A DNA stretch of 60,492 nt, filler included, from 6 parts of 6 records of this genome joined end to end with filler, not necessarily neighbours in it, one strand, 5' to 3'. Positions 31,093-41,917 are shown, numbered from the whole stretch's first letter. Translations and numbers: made by a program. The notes: generated from the sequence alone by a model not told the origin.

Positions 31093-31755
31093 TCAACTCT
31101 CTCTTACGTGTGGCAAGGCTTTGCGGAAATAATCCACCCCGGTGATGGCTGTCAGACCGGCTGCCACCCACAAGAGCGACAGTCCAAGCCACCACGTGTA
31201 TTCCATGCCCGCCAATTTCCAGCGCAGCCCTTGCAAATCTTCTTCGCGCCCCATGAGGATATCATCGATCAACTGTGCGTCCATGCCCCAGGCGCTCATA
31301 CCCAAATAGTGCTCAAAAACGCCCTGTCCAAACAGAACAGCAATCGCCACCATTTGAGCGGTGGTTTTCCATTTGGCCAGATTGGTTACTTTGAGCGTCC
31401 CAGCTGTATCGCCAAGGTATTCCCGCAGACCAGATACAAACACCTCACGGAACAGGATCACAGTCGCAGGCAGCACCAACCAAGGGGACATCGACGAATA
31501 GCCTACGATCACCATCAAGGCGATCACGACCATCGCTTTGTCCGCGATCGGATCCAACATCGCGCCCAGTTTGGTTTCCTGTTTCCAGGCCCGCGCCAGA
31601 TAGCCATCGAACCAATCGGTGATGGCCGCAACGACAAACAACATCAACGCAAGCCAATCGGCGTAAGGCCGAGTGAAATACAAGAACATCAGAGCCACGC
31701 CAGGGGCAGCTATCAGGCGCAGCGCGGTCAGAATATTAGGTAAGTTCCACGTCAT
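31093..31755 (-). CDS. pgsA: Phosphatidylglycerophosphate synthase
   Basis: NLPNILT, TDWFDGYLAR..LGAMLDPIADK CDP-alcohol motif; follows uvrC. Confidence 0.93.
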   Translation of the reverse strand: MTWNLPNILTALRLIAAPGVALMFLYFTRPYADWLALMLFVVAAITDWFDGYLARAWKQETKLGAMLDPIADKAMVVIALMVIVGYSSMSPWLVLPATVILFREVFVSGLREYLGDTAGTLKVTNLAKWKTTAQMVAIAVLFGQGVFEHYLGMSAWGMDAQLIDDILMGREEDLQGLRWKLAGMEYTWWLGLSLLWVAAGLTAITGVDYFRKALPHVRES

Positions 31756-31868
31756 GACCGGACCCTACATCGCGACTGGGAAACATGAAAGCCGGGTGCG
31801 GCAAATTCCGTCCCCACAACGACTCTCTGGTTCAGAGTTTTGAGAAACATCATGCGCGCCACATGGCC

Positions 31869-33743
31869 TTAGCCCTTGTCGTGAAAGAAATCATAGATCG
31901 TCTCTGCCAGAGCATCCGATATGCCATCAACCGCTTTGAGGTCTACCAAATTCGCCCGGCTCACCGCCTTGGCACTGCCAAAATGCGCCAACAGGGCCCG
32001 TTTGCGCGTGGCCCCGACGCCGGGCACCTCGTCCAGTGGCGTGGCCCCGATCGCCTTGGCGCGTTTGGCCCGGTGGGTGCCAATCGCAAAACGGTGTGCC
32101 TCGTCCCTCAGACGCTGAACAAAATAGAGCACGGGGTCATTGCGTTGCAGCGCAAAGGCGCGTTCGCCCAAGCGATGGAACTCCTCCTTGCCGTGATCCC
32201 GATCAACACCTTTGGCGACCCCGACCATGGGGATATCCTGAACCCCATGCGCCGCCATGATTTCTGCAACTGCGCTGACCTGCCCCGCGCCGCCATCAAT
32301 CAGCAACAAATCCGGCCAAAGCCCTTTGTCCCGATCCGGGTCTTCCTTTTGCAATCGGGTAAAGCGCCGGTTCAGCACCTCTTTCATCATACCAAAGTCA
32401 TCGCCGGGCGTCAGGTCGTCGCCGCGAATGTTGAACTTGCGATAGGCGTTTTTCATGAACCCATCCGGGCCCGCAACAATCATACCACCCACCGCATTCG
32501 TGCCTTGAATATGTGAGTTGTCGTAAACTTCGATGCGTTGCGGAGGACCGTCGAGCTGAAACGCCTCGGCCACCCCGCGCAACAGCTTAGCCTGTGTCGC
32601 GCTTTCGGACATGCGCCGCGCCAGAGATTCACGTGCGTTTCGAACTGCGCCTGAGATCAGCTCGGCCTTTTCACCCCTTTGCGGAACAAGGATTTCCACC
32701 TTACGCTCCGCTTTTTCACCTAAAGCCTGTTCCATCAGATCGGTATTTTCGATCCCATCAGAAAGGATCAACTGTCGCGGTGGTTCTTTATTGTCATAGA
32801 ACTGTCCTAAAAAGGCTTCCATCACCTCAGCCGCTGACACATCAGGGCCCACCCGAGGATAGAAATCCTGATTGCCCCAGTTCTGATTGGCACGGATGAA
32901 AAAGACCTGCACACAGGCTTGCCCGCTGTCCATGTGCAGCCCGATAATGTCCGCCTCGGCGACGCCACGCGGGTTGATACCCTGCGTGGTTTGAACCTGC
33001 GTCAGCGCCCGAATCCGATCCCGCAGCCCGGCCGCGCGTTCGAATTCCATCGCTTCGGATGCCTCTTGCATCTGAACCGCCAGCTCTTCTTGGATTTTGG
33101 TAGATCGCCCCGACAGGAACCGTTCGGCATCATGCACACTTTCTGCATAGGCCTCTTCCGTGATCAGCCCCACGCAGGGTCCAGAGCACCGTTTGATCTG
33201 ATGCAGCAGACAGGCCCGTGTCCGCCCCGAGAACATCGAGTCCGAGCAGTTCCGCAACAGAAACGCTTTTTGCAGTTGGTTCAATGTCCGGTTGACGGCT
33301 CCCGCGCTGGCAAACGGGCCGAAATAGGTGCCCTTTTCCTTTTTCGCCCCCCGGTGCTTTTTGATCTGCGGAAAGCTGTGATCCTTGGCCACCAATATGT
33401 TTGGAAAGCTTTTGTCGTCCCGCAGCAGAACGTTGTATTTCGGTTTGAGCTGCTTGATCAGATTCTGTTCAAGCAACAAAGCTTCGGTTTCAGTGCGGGT
33501 TGTCAAAAACATCATCGAGGCCGTGGCCGCGATCATGCGTTCGATGCGCCCGGAATGCCCAGGGCGGGAATAGTTCGAGACCCGCGCACGCAGGTTACGG
33601 GCCTTGCCGACGTACAGAACCCGGCTTTCACTGTCCAACATCCGATAGACGCCGGGCGAACTGTCCAACGTCTTTAGATAGCCCTGAATCCGGGCATATC
33701 CTGTAACTTCGGGGTCTGATGAAGGGGCGGGTTGGTCAGTCAT
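31869..33743 (-). CDS. uvrC: Excinuclease ABC subunit C
   Basis: [46 protein letters not shown], HhH tail. Confidence 0.97.
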   Translation of the reverse strand: MTDQPAPSSDPEVTGYARIQGYLKTLDSSPGVYRMLDSESRVLYVGKARNLRARVSNYSRPGHSGRIERMIAATASMMFLTTRTETEALLLEQNLIKQLKPKYNVLLRDDKSFPNILVAKDHSFPQIKKHRGAKKEKGTYFGPFASAGAVNRTLNQLQKAFLLRNCSDSMFSGRTRACLLHQIKRCSGPCVGLITEEAYAESVHDAERFLSGRSTKIQEELAVQMQEASEAMEFERAAGLRDRIRALTQVQTTQGINPRGVAEADIIGLHMDSGQACVQVFFIRANQNWGNQDFYPRVGPDVSAAEVMEAFLGQFYDNKEPPRQLILSDGIENTDLMEQALGEKAERKVEILVPQRGEKAELISGAVRNARESLARRMSESATQAKLLRGVAEAFQLDGPPQRIEVYDNSHIQGTNAVGGMIVAGPDGFMKNAYRKFNIRGDDLTPGDDFGMMKEVLNRRFTRLQKEDPDRDKGLWPDLLLIDGGAGQVSAVAEIMAAHGVQDIPMVGVAKGVDRDHGKEEFHRLGERAFALQRNDPVLYFVQRLRDEAHRFAIGTHRAKRAKAIGATPLDEVPGVGATRKRALLAHFGSAKAVSRANLVDLKAVDGISDALAETIYDFFHDKG

Positions 33744-33818
33744 TTTTTCCAGATCTGATTCTTGAATTGTCTGCAATCTTAGCAAGCTTCTTTCAAGAGA
33801 AAATAAGTCCACCAAAAC

Positions 33819-33827
33819 TGTGGATAA
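33819..33827 (-). promoter_or_regulatory. Perfect DnaA box in AT-rich intergenic region
   Basis: TGTGGATAA (= TTATCCACA); degenerate TGAAGATAA at 33831-33839. Confidence 0.6.
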
Positions 33828-34031
33828 CTCTGAAGATAACTTCTAATCCCGTTCAGAATCTCCTTAGTTCCTTGGTCTCACAGCAATCTGCCTAAAAATT
33901 AAGCACAACATTAAGCCCTTGATAGTAAAAGCAAAAATACTCAAAGTGTAGCAAGTATCTGAAAACAAACGCCTTTTTGTAACGCTTTCGTAACAGAAGT
34001 TAACGCGGTGCAAAACTTTTGAAAACTTGTC

Positions 34032-34811
34032 TCATTCTGGGCCTAGAACGTCGGGTGTTTTCCACCCCAAATGCTGCCCACCATCTACGCAAAGCAACTG
34101 CCCAGTTACCGCAGGGGCATCCATGAAATACCCCAAAGCCGCCGTAATATCCGGAGCATTCGCACCACGTCCTGAAATCGTATTCTGACGCTGTGCGGTA
34201 AAATGCTCCAAAGACTGACGATGGCCTTGCATCGTTGGCCCGGGCCCAATTGCGTTCACACGAATGGCTGGAGTTAATGCCTGTGCCGCTGTCTGGGTCA
34301 ATGTCCACAGCCCTGCCTTGGCAAGCGTATATGTCATAAACTCCGGGGTCAGTTTGCGCACCCGCATATCAACCATGTTCACTATCAGCCCAGTGGCAAA
34401 GGGTTCCCCGCTGTCGTCTATTGCTGGCTCCAGCCCTTGAGCAGCCATGGCTTGCGTCAACACAAAAGGCGCACGCAGGTTGCTGTCCAAATGGCGGTCC
34501 CACCCCTCGCGCGTCGCAGAAGCGAGGGTATCATACTCGAATATCGAGGCGTTATTGACCAAACAGGTGATCGGCCCGCCCAAGGCCTCGACTGCAGCTG
34601 GCAACAAGGCCTGTACCTGTGCTTCGTCCAACAGGTCAGCTTGCAATGCGACCGCTGTGCGTCCCATCGCCCGGATCTCGGTCACTGTCTCGTCTGCAGG
34701 TGCTGCTGAGCTGGCATAGTGGACTGCAACATCGTATCCCCGCCTGGCGAGATACAGCGCCATTGCTCGACCCAATCGAATTCCTGCACCTGTCACCAGA
34801 GCTTGAGGCAT
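34032..34811 (-). CDS. Short-chain dehydrogenase (pteridine reductase-like)
   Basis: TGAGIRLG, LVNNAS, YTLAK, VNAIGPG, VDGG. Confidence 0.88.
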   Translation of the reverse strand: MPQALVTGAGIRLGRAMALYLARRGYDVAVHYASSAAPADETVTEIRAMGRTAVALQADLLDEAQVQALLPAAVEALGGPITCLVNNASIFEYDTLASATREGWDRHLDSNLRAPFVLTQAMAAQGLEPAIDDSGEPFATGLIVNMVDMRVRKLTPEFMTYTLAKAGLWTLTQTAAQALTPAIRVNAIGPGPTMQGHRQSLEHFTAQRQNTISGRGANAPDITAALGYFMDAPAVTGQLLCVDGGQHLGWKTPDVLGPE

Positions 34812-34839
34812 GAAAAAGATCTCCCGTTGATGGTCGGGG

Positions 34840-35302
34840 CTAAACCAATACAGAAATCACATAGGTGCAATACAGCACCGTCAGGATCACACCCCAGATT
34901 TTTGTTATGTCGCGCTTGAAGAAAACAAACGGAACCAGCAGCAGCGTTGCGCCTAACATAACCCAAAGATCGAACTCAAGGAATTCAGGATCAACGGAAA
35001 TCTCGCCAAACAACGTAGCGATCCCGACGATGGCCAGCAGGTTAAACATGTTCGAACCGATCACATTGCCCAAAGCCACATCCGCCTGCCGCCGCAAAGC
35101 CGCCATCACGGTCGTGGCCAATTCCGGCAGCGAAGTTCCAACAGCGACCAGCGTCAGGCCAATCACCGTCTCACTTACCCCATAGGTGCGTGCAATAACG
35201 GTCGCGTTGTCGACCAACAAATGCGCGCCCATCGGCAACCCGATAAGCCCCAAGAGCAAATATATGGACACCTTCCAATATGGCATGTCCGGGTCAGCTT
35301 CT
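34840..35302 (-). CDS. Ca2+/Na+ antiporter (YrbG/CaCA), 5' truncated
   Basis: GLTLVAVGTSLPEL, ALGNVIGSNMFN alpha repeat. Confidence 0.9.
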
Positions 35303-35402
35303 NNNNNNNNNNNNNNNNNNNNNNNNNNNNNNNNNNNNNNNNNNNNTTAATTAATTAANNNNNNNNNNNNNNNNNNNNNNNNNNNNNNNNNNNNNNNNNN
35401 NN
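35303..35402. other. Assembly spacer (contig join)
   Basis: N run with TTAATTAATTAA linker. Confidence 0.99.
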
Positions 35403-35829
35403 ATGAGCAGGTTTCCAGTGGGTCGATACACGTTTTCGAACGGTGAAACACGCGCTCCTGGCCCCAGGTAGCCGCGCCCTTGATCCACCGGTTCTGACTG
35501 CTTCGACCGGACCATGAATGTGCCGTGTTCCACCGGATTTTGCCCATGAAGACAGCGCTGGCAACACGCTGCATACATCACGGAAGTCGCATCGGGATCG
35601 GCGCAGACACGCGGCGTTGCGGCGACCATTTTTGGCCAACGGGTTCAGGTTGGCTACTGCTGCCGGCTCACAGCTGCCTGTGGTCAGGCGTCTGATCGCT
35701 GCGGCGCGGCTTCCCCGAAGCAGCCCTTCGCGCATTACGCAGCATTTCCACCTCCCAGATGACCACAATGCGGGACGGTGCGGACGTTCTCCTTACGCCG
35801 CTCCCCGCATTGTGCCACCCGGGATCCGG

Positions 35830-36180
35830 CTACCCCCTTTCCTCGATGATCTCGGTCTGCTTGCCCACGAGGATCAGCGTGGTCTCATGGTCGAGAAACG
35901 TCTTTTCGTCCGGAAAGACCTTTTGCTTGTAGGTCTCCGAGCCGAGCACCGCCTGCATGCCTTCGGGACTGTCGAACCAGATCTCGGCGGTGCCGTCGAA
36001 ATCGGCCTGCGGCACCGGGAAGTCGCCATCGGCCGGGTGGGTCTGGATGTAGCGCAGCACATGGGTCCGGGCTTCCGGAATCGAGCGGAAGAGCGGTCCG
36101 TGCGTCTCGCGGTGGTGCCGCACGAAAGCGGCGTGGTCTATTTCGGGATTGCGCTTGAGCAGCATGGTCATCTTGATCAT
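35830..36180 (-). CDS. EthD family protein
   Basis: IK..LLKR.....F..HHRETHGPL, RYIQ, FDGTAEIWFDS, DEKTFLD. Confidence 0.85.
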   Translation of the reverse strand: MIKMTMLLKRNPEIDHAAFVRHHRETHGPLFRSIPEARTHVLRYIQTHPADGDFPVPQADFDGTAEIWFDSPEGMQAVLGSETYKQKVFPDEKTFLDHETTLILVGKQTEIIEERG

Positions 36181-36192
36181 TGCGTCGATCCT

Positions 36193-37014
36193 TCAGGGAT
36201 GAGGCGTCCAGCGGGGCGCCGTGGTGTCTTCGGGCAGGTCGATGCCGCCGGGATAGGTCAAGAGCTCGAACAACGTGCCCCAAGGGGCGCGGCCGTAGAT
36301 GCCCGCGTTGCCGTCCTTGTCCTCGTTGTTGGCGAGCGGGTGGGGGCCCTTCAGCAAGCTGCCCCCGGCGGCGGTGAAGGCGGCGCAGGCCGCTTCGATG
36401 TCGTCGACGTAGAGGGCGAGGTGCGTAAGCCCCAGATCCTGAAGGCAGGCGGGGTCGGCCTGCGCCCCGTCCTCCATTCGGAAAAGCTCGAGGCACGGCC
36501 CGTTGCCGATCCGCACGAGGCGCATGTGGGTGATCCGCGTGCCCGGCGAAAGGCCGAGCTCCGCCTCCGGGCCTTCGCCTTCCATGTCGGGACCGTCCTC
36601 GGGAAGGACGTCGTAAAGCGTGACGGCTCCGAAAGCCTCGGAAAGGAAACGGGTCGCAGCATCGATGTCGGGCACCGTGAGGCCCGCGTGATCGATCCCC
36701 CGAATGCCGGAGGCCGAGGCCTTTTCGTCGGCGAAGCTGGCGAGGTCGGTCACGCGCGATGCGCCTCCGGTCGCGACCTCCTTTAGCGCCGCGTTGAACT
36801 CTTGGGTGTGGGGCTGGGCGAGATGTGCCTCGAAGGCCGCGTCGTCGCGGTATTCCTCGAGCATCACCACTGCACCGCCGTCTTCCGTAAAGGCCTCGAA
36901 GCGAATGTTGCCGGCCTCGCGGCGCACCCGCCGGGCCAGCGTCTCGACCAGCGCTTCGAGCGTCTCGGCTTGCCCTGCCTTCGGCGTGGCCCTTGCGATC
37001 ATACTGCGTGTCAT
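36193..37014 (-). CDS. ABM (cofactor-free monooxygenase-like) - VOC/glyoxalase fusion protein
   Basis: N-half RREAGN..EEYRDDAAFEAHLAQPH (ABM); C-half IDHAGLTVPD..LELF..HLALYVDD..PWGTLFEL (VOC); GGAG RBS. Confidence 0.8.
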   Translation of the reverse strand: MTRSMIARATPKAGQAETLEALVETLARRVRREAGNIRFEAFTEDGGAVVMLEEYRDDAAFEAHLAQPHTQEFNAALKEVATGGASRVTDLASFADEKASASGIRGIDHAGLTVPDIDAATRFLSEAFGAVTLYDVLPEDGPDMEGEGPEAELGLSPGTRITHMRLVRIGNGPCLELFRMEDGAQADPACLQDLGLTHLALYVDDIEAACAAFTAAGGSLLKGPHPLANNEDKDGNAGIYGRAPWGTLFELLTYPGGIDLPEDTTAPRWTPHP

Positions 37015-37160
37015 GGTTGTCTCCGTCTTGGAATGCCGCGCTGCGGCAGTCTTGGAGGGAAACGGACCTGAAGCAGGGATGTTCCGGCGGGCTCTGGAAT
37101 GGCTGGAGGATCCGGCTATATTTTTCCAAAACTTCAATCATGTGGAAAATTCATCCGCCA

Positions 37161-37877
37161 ATGATCCAGTCGATCACCCGCGCCCTCGAGATTCTCGATG
37201 CCATCGCCCATGCGGGCGGTGCCGCGCCGCTTGGAGAGATCGCCGCAGGAACGGGCCTGAAGACGACAACCGCTCACAATATCCTCAGGACCCTTCAGGA
37301 CGCCGGGTACATCCGCCGCCGCCCCCGCGACATGCGCTATCACCTGGGCGACCGCATCCTGAACCTTGCCCGCGTGGTGGGCGATGACGATGCCCTGCGC
37401 CGCCGCTTGCGTCCTGCGCTCGAGGAGATGGCGGCCCGCACCTCCGAGACGGTCTTCCTCGCCGTGCCCTCCGGTGACGAAGTGTATTTTCTCGACGCGA
37501 TCGAGTGTCCGCGGACGCTGCGTGCCTCGAGCCAGCGCGGCGAGCGCCTCCCGATGGCGGGTTCGGCCATCGGTCTTCTCTTCCTCGCGTTCCTCCCGGC
37601 CCTGCGCCGCCGAATGTTCGAGGTCCACGCGGATCGCATCGGTCCCGGAATCGGAGCGGAGATCGATGCCATCGCCGCCCGCGGCTACGCGCTCGACCGC
37701 GAGAACTGGTCTCCCGGCCTCAATTGCGTCGCCGTCCCTTGGCGCGACGATGGGGAAGTGCGGGCGGGCTTCGGTCTCGCCGGTCCGAGCAGCCGCCTGA
37801 CCGCCGCGCGCCTGAACGAGATGGCGCTGATCATGCGCGAGCTCGCCTCGGGCGCGGTTGGTGTCAGTCAGGACTGA
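37161..37877 (+). CDS. IclR family transcriptional regulator
   Basis: QSITRALEIL HTH, TTAHNILRTL, ETVFL, SAIG, GYALD..GLNCVAVP. Confidence 0.92.
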   Translation: MIQSITRALEILDAIAHAGGAAPLGEIAAGTGLKTTTAHNILRTLQDAGYIRRRPRDMRYHLGDRILNLARVVGDDDALRRRLRPALEEMAARTSETVFLAVPSGDEVYFLDAIECPRTLRASSQRGERLPMAGSAIGLLFLAFLPALRRRMFEVHADRIGPGIGAEIDAIAARGYALDRENWSPGLNCVAVPWRDDGEVRAGFGLAGPSSRLTAARLNEMALIMRELASGAVGVSQD

Positions 37878-38181
37878 AGATGCGGCTTTCCGCAGAGGGG
37901 ATCGGGGCGGACTTGCGGCGCTGCGGCACGCGGGTCTTGACCCTGCAGGGCAGGGGGCGCGCCACCAGACGACCGCTCCCAGCCCAAAACTGCCATTCGT
38001 TCCCACACGTTGCAGAATTTCCGTAGAGTGGTTGCGTTTGAGGCCGTTCTCTAAAATATACACGCGTCGCTGATTTTCAGTTTCACGCAGCCGACCGACG
38101 CATGTTGCATTGGTTAATTCACGTGGGCATTGTCGTCGCGGTGTGCAAACCGCATGCGCTGCCCTTGATCCTAGGTAAAAT

Positions 38182-39633
38182 ATGTTCCGTTTCCAGCGCG
38201 CAAAGACCGCAGCAGATTTCGAACCGTCGACTGATGTATTCCCGACAATTTCCTCTCAGGACATTGCCAAGAATACGCGTCTGAAGAAGCGCGGACGCGA
38301 CGATGGTGCCAAAGACTACCCATCTGCCGATGCCACCGCCCTGTCTTCTGCGGAGCAGGAAGCGATCAATGAATTGACGAGGCGCCGCAAGCGCGGGATC
38401 GACCAGTTCGACCTGCACTACGATGCCTATCAGGGGCGGATCGAGCTTATACAGGGGGCGCTGTCGAAACTCGACAAGTTGGTGGGCGAGCTGCTCAATG
38501 AAATGCAGGCCATGGGCCGGGTCCAGAATGGGACCGCGACGACGTTGCGACGCGCCGTTGCCGACCACCACGCAGGCCTTGAGGCCTATCGCAATCGACA
38601 CAAGTTGGTGGGGGCGCCGAAAGAGGCGCAATCGCTTTGGACCGTGGCCTTCCTGATCTTCCTGTTCTTTGCGGTCGAGATCATCCTTGGCGCCTTGTTC
38701 TTTCAGGAACAAAGCCCGGGAGGTCTGGTTGGAAGCGCGACCTACGCGGTGATGATCTCGCTGGTGAACGTGGCGATCAGCGGGACCCTTGGACATTTCA
38801 GTCGCTATGGCGCGTTGCGCGGCTTTTGGAACAAGGTACTTGGGATAACGTGCTGGCTGCTGTTTTTCGCATTTGCCTTGGCCTTCAACCTGTTCGTCGG
38901 CCACTACCGACGCGCGACGGACGAGATGCCATGGGAGGAGGCTGCCTATGCGATGTTCGACAGCTTTACGCGTGCGCCTTTCGATCTCGGAAGCTTCAAC
39001 GCCTTCCTGATCGCAGCCTTTGGCGTCGTCGTGTCCATCTTTGCCTTCCTGAAGATCCGGGGATGGGAGGACGTTCACCCGGGGTTCAATCGCCTCTACG
39101 ACACGTTGAACGATGCAATCGATGATTACGCCGAAGCCTTCGAGGAAACCCAAGACAAGCTGAAGGACCTGTTCAACGAGTCCAGCCGAGAGATCATGGC
39201 GGAAGCCCATAGCCTGCGCGCTGCTTTGAGAGGCTCGGTCCATGCCCACGCGGGGCAGACGACCCTGGTCACCAACCTGCGCGGCTTTCTGGTCGAATGT
39301 GAACAGTGCGCGAAGACCTTGATCACCACGTACCGTGAGGAAAACGAGAAGGCCCGCAAGGCGCCAAGACCAAAGTATTTCTCGGATTCTTTCACGTTCG
39401 ACGACGCCCCGCATCGGGAGGTCGCCCCCTTCGACGAAAGCAAGATCGAGCCCGAGGTGAAGCGCATCGAAGAGGAGGCCCGCGACGGTGTGGCCAAGAT
39501 CCTCAAGGCCCGGGAAGAGCAGCTCGAGGCGCTTCCTGCACCGTCTGAACTGTTGGGTGAGCGCCAGCCTGAGAAAACTGACACGACCTCTCGTGAGGGC
39601 CGCCTGAAGGTGGTGAACGGCGGAGCCGACTGA
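38182..39633 (+). CDS. Uncharacterised multi-pass membrane protein with flanking coiled coils (gene 1 of 4-gene operon)
   Basis: 483-aa ORF, about 4 central TM helices, helical N- and C-terminal regions; TGATG overlap with next gene. Confidence 0.8.
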   Translation: MFRFQRAKTAADFEPSTDVFPTISSQDIAKNTRLKKRGRDDGAKDYPSADATALSSAEQEAINELTRRRKRGIDQFDLHYDAYQGRIELIQGALSKLDKLVGELLNEMQAMGRVQNGTATTLRRAVADHHAGLEAYRNRHKLVGAPKEAQSLWTVAFLIFLFFAVEIILGALFFQEQSPGGLVGSATYAVMISLVNVAISGTLGHFSRYGALRGFWNKVLGITCWLLFFAFALAFNLFVGHYRRATDEMPWEEAAYAMFDSFTRAPFDLGSFNAFLIAAFGVVVSIFAFLKIRGWEDVHPGFNRLYDTLNDAIDDYAEAFEETQDKLKDLFNESSREIMAEAHSLRAALRGSVHAHAGQTTLVTNLRGFLVECEQCAKTLITTYREENEKARKAPRPKYFSDSFTFDDAPHREVAPFDESKIEPEVKRIEEEARDGVAKILKAREEQLEALPAPSELLGERQPEKTDTTSREGRLKVVNGGAD

Positions 39634-40439
39634 TGGCGAAACGCAAGAGAAGAAGGCGGGGTACAAATCCCCTCGCACCCATCGCGGCTGTCCTGGGGAT
39701 CGGCCTCGTCGCGGCTGCCATGGCGGGAACCTATTACTTTGCCTATCAGGACACGCAAAAGCCGGCGGTCAGCGCAGTTGACCTATGCCCGGTGGACGGA
39801 CATGAGCCCCACCTCGCGATCCTCGTGGATACGACAGATCCGATGACGCTGACGCAGCTGGAACTGGCCCGGCAGCATATCGAGGACAAGATCGACGATG
39901 CCGTCGTCGAGACCCGGATCAGCTTTGCAACGGTCGACCCGGATGGATCGATCCGCCAGGACAGCTTCTTCAGCATGTGCAAGCCAGAGGCGGGCGCCGA
40001 CGTCAGCGTCCTGACGCAAAACCCCCGGCTTGTCCAAGAGCGCTTCCAGTCGGAGTTCGCAGAGCCGATACAGACGGCCTTGGATCAGCTGTTGCGGGTT
40101 CCGCAAGCCGCCTCATCGCCGATCATGGAGGCGACACAGGAACTTGCAGCCCGGATTCCGGGATTCGCGGTGTCCGATGCGCCCCGTGAACTGCTGATCA
40201 TGAGCGACCTGGTGCAGCACTCCGACGTGTTCTCGTTCATCCGCGGCAACGACTGGCAGAGCTTCGTCGAGTCGGGTGGGCCGACGCGCTTTGGCAGCAC
40301 CTACAAGGGGGCGACGGTATCTGTTCTGCGGGTACCACGGATGCCCGACAGAGCGGCGGCCATCGACGATTTTTGGGTTCGATATTTCGATGCTCAGGGT
40401 TTTGACAGGGTGCGCGTCACCCAATTGGGGGACCTGTAA
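39633..40439 (+). CDS. Membrane-anchored vWA-like protein (gene 2)
   Basis: Basic N-terminus plus one TM; AILVDTTD / SPIMEA / LLIMSDL resemble the three vWA MIDAS segments. Confidence 0.7.
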   Translation: MAKRKRRRRGTNPLAPIAAVLGIGLVAAAMAGTYYFAYQDTQKPAVSAVDLCPVDGHEPHLAILVDTTDPMTLTQLELARQHIEDKIDDAVVETRISFATVDPDGSIRQDSFFSMCKPEAGADVSVLTQNPRLVQERFQSEFAEPIQTALDQLLRVPQAASSPIMEATQELAARIPGFAVSDAPRELLIMSDLVQHSDVFSFIRGNDWQSFVESGGPTRFGSTYKGATVSVLRVPRMPDRAAAIDDFWVRYFDAQGFDRVRVTQLGDL

Positions 40440-41917
40440 TGGCCGACGCAAGGAAGCATGGCCACCGAGAGAGTGTCGACACGACATTGCTGATCCTGGC
40501 GTTCATCCTGGGCATCGGGTCGGCCGTCGCGTTGAAGGCCTTCGGGTTCCCGCCGTGGGTGCCGGCCGTCGTCACGGGGAGTGTCATCATCGGGTACGCC
40601 CTGCTCACCTACTTCCCGGACTCGGCGCGGCTCGAGCCCGAACAGATCGGCGACAACTGCTATTACCTCGGATTTTGCATCACGCTGGCGTCCTTGGCAT
40701 ACACGCTCTACGGCCTCAGCGCCGCTGGCAACGACTCCGAGATGTTGGGCGACGTGATCTCGGGCTTCGGCGTGGCTTTGTCGTCTACGGTGGTGGGGGT
40801 CATGACCCGCGTGGTGCTCTTGCAGTACCGCGTCGATCTCGCCGCCCGGGACAAGCAGGCACGGTTGGAGATCAACAAGGCCATGCTCGACTTCAAGGGG
40901 GTCATGAGCACCTCGGTGGTCAACACCAGAGAGACGATCACGGCCATCCGGCAATCCCTCGATGAACACACCACCGAGACGATCAAGCAGAACGAGCGGA
41001 TGCAGAAGGCTTTCGATGACCGTCTCGAGGCGCTTGTCGCGAATGTCGGCAGCGGCGTGCAGGATGTGATGAACGAGGTTCTCGAAAACGGCAAGGACAT
41101 GAACCGGCGCATCGCCGCGAGTTCACGTGCCAACACAGGCTCGATCGAAACTGCATTGAAGAGTTCGATGGAGCTGGTGGCTGCCGACCTGAAGCGCGCG
41201 TCCGAGAAATTGAAGAATGAAATGGAGCTAGCAAACGCAAGCTCCATCAAGGCGCTGGAGCGGGTCGTAGGCGAAGTGTCGGGCGCGATGAAGATGTTGA
41301 GCGACGAGGCCACGAAATCCATCAATGCGGCCCGGGCTGCCCAGGACGAGCAGATGTCGCAATCGATTAAAGCCGTTGCGACAAATGTCCTTGAGGTGGC
41401 AGGTCAGATCGACACTCAGAAGGACAAACTCCGAGAGGCAATCGAAGAATACACCAAGCAAACAAACCTGGCGCGAGGAGAGCTTTCCGCGCTTGTGAAG
41501 GACAGCAACGCCGCGAGGCAGGAGGTCGCCGAGGCAGCCCGAACCGTTGCCATGGCTGCCGCCAAGGCCGCCATATCTGCGGAGCAGGTGGAGAAGGCGG
41601 TATCCCGATCCGTCACCGAGCTTTCTCGGACCCAGCCACGCACCACTCCGCCGGCTACACCCGTGCCTGCGTCGGACCAATCCTCCATAAGGGTTGAAGC
41701 CGTATCGCCAGTCGACGCACCTGTCGCACAGGTGTCGAACAGCCCTGATACGGATGCCAGGACCGCCGCCGAGACACCAACTGGAGCGAGCGGTCAGCCA
41801 TTTTCCTCGAATTCGGAAGGAGCGGCAAAGGCCACCGGTGAGGTCGCGGCTGCGAACCCGCCGGTGAACAAGCCCGGGTCTGGTCTTTGGTCCTTTACAG
41901 GTGCGGGCCGGAAATGA
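40439..41917 (+). CDS. MotA/ExbB/ZorA-like membrane protein with long helical tail (gene 3)
   Basis: 4 TM; YYLGFCITLASL and GFGVALSSTVVG resemble MotA-family channel helices; long coiled-coil then P/A/S-rich tail. Confidence 0.7.
   Translation: MADARKHGHRESVDTTLLILAFILGIGSAVALKAFGFPPWVPAVVTGSVIIGYALLTYFPDSARLEPEQIGDNCYYLGFCITLASLAYTLYGLSAAGNDSEMLGDVISGFGVALSSTVVGVMTRVVLLQYRVDLAARDKQARLEINKAMLDFKGVMSTSVVNTRETITAIRQSLDEHTTETIKQNERMQKAFDDRLEALVANVGSGVQDVMNEVLENGKDMNRRIAASSRANTGSIETALKSSMELVAADLKRASEKLKNEMELANASSIKALERVVGEVSGAMKMLSDEATKSINAARAAQDEQMSQSIKAVATNVLEVAGQIDTQKDKLREAIEEYTKQTNLARGELSALVKDSNAARQEVAEAARTVAMAAAKAAISAEQVEKAVSRSVTELSRTQPRTTPPATPVPASDQSSIRVEAVSPVDAPVAQVSNSPDTDARTAAETPTGASGQPFSSNSEGAAKATGEVAAANPPVNKPGSGLWSFTGAGRK

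Noticed and set aside
35403-35629. Minus-strand peptide MVRSKQSEPVDQGRGYLGP, faintly like a tyrosine recombinase RSKTD segment
   Set aside because: Too short and divergent, and cut by the gap; cannot be supported without a search.
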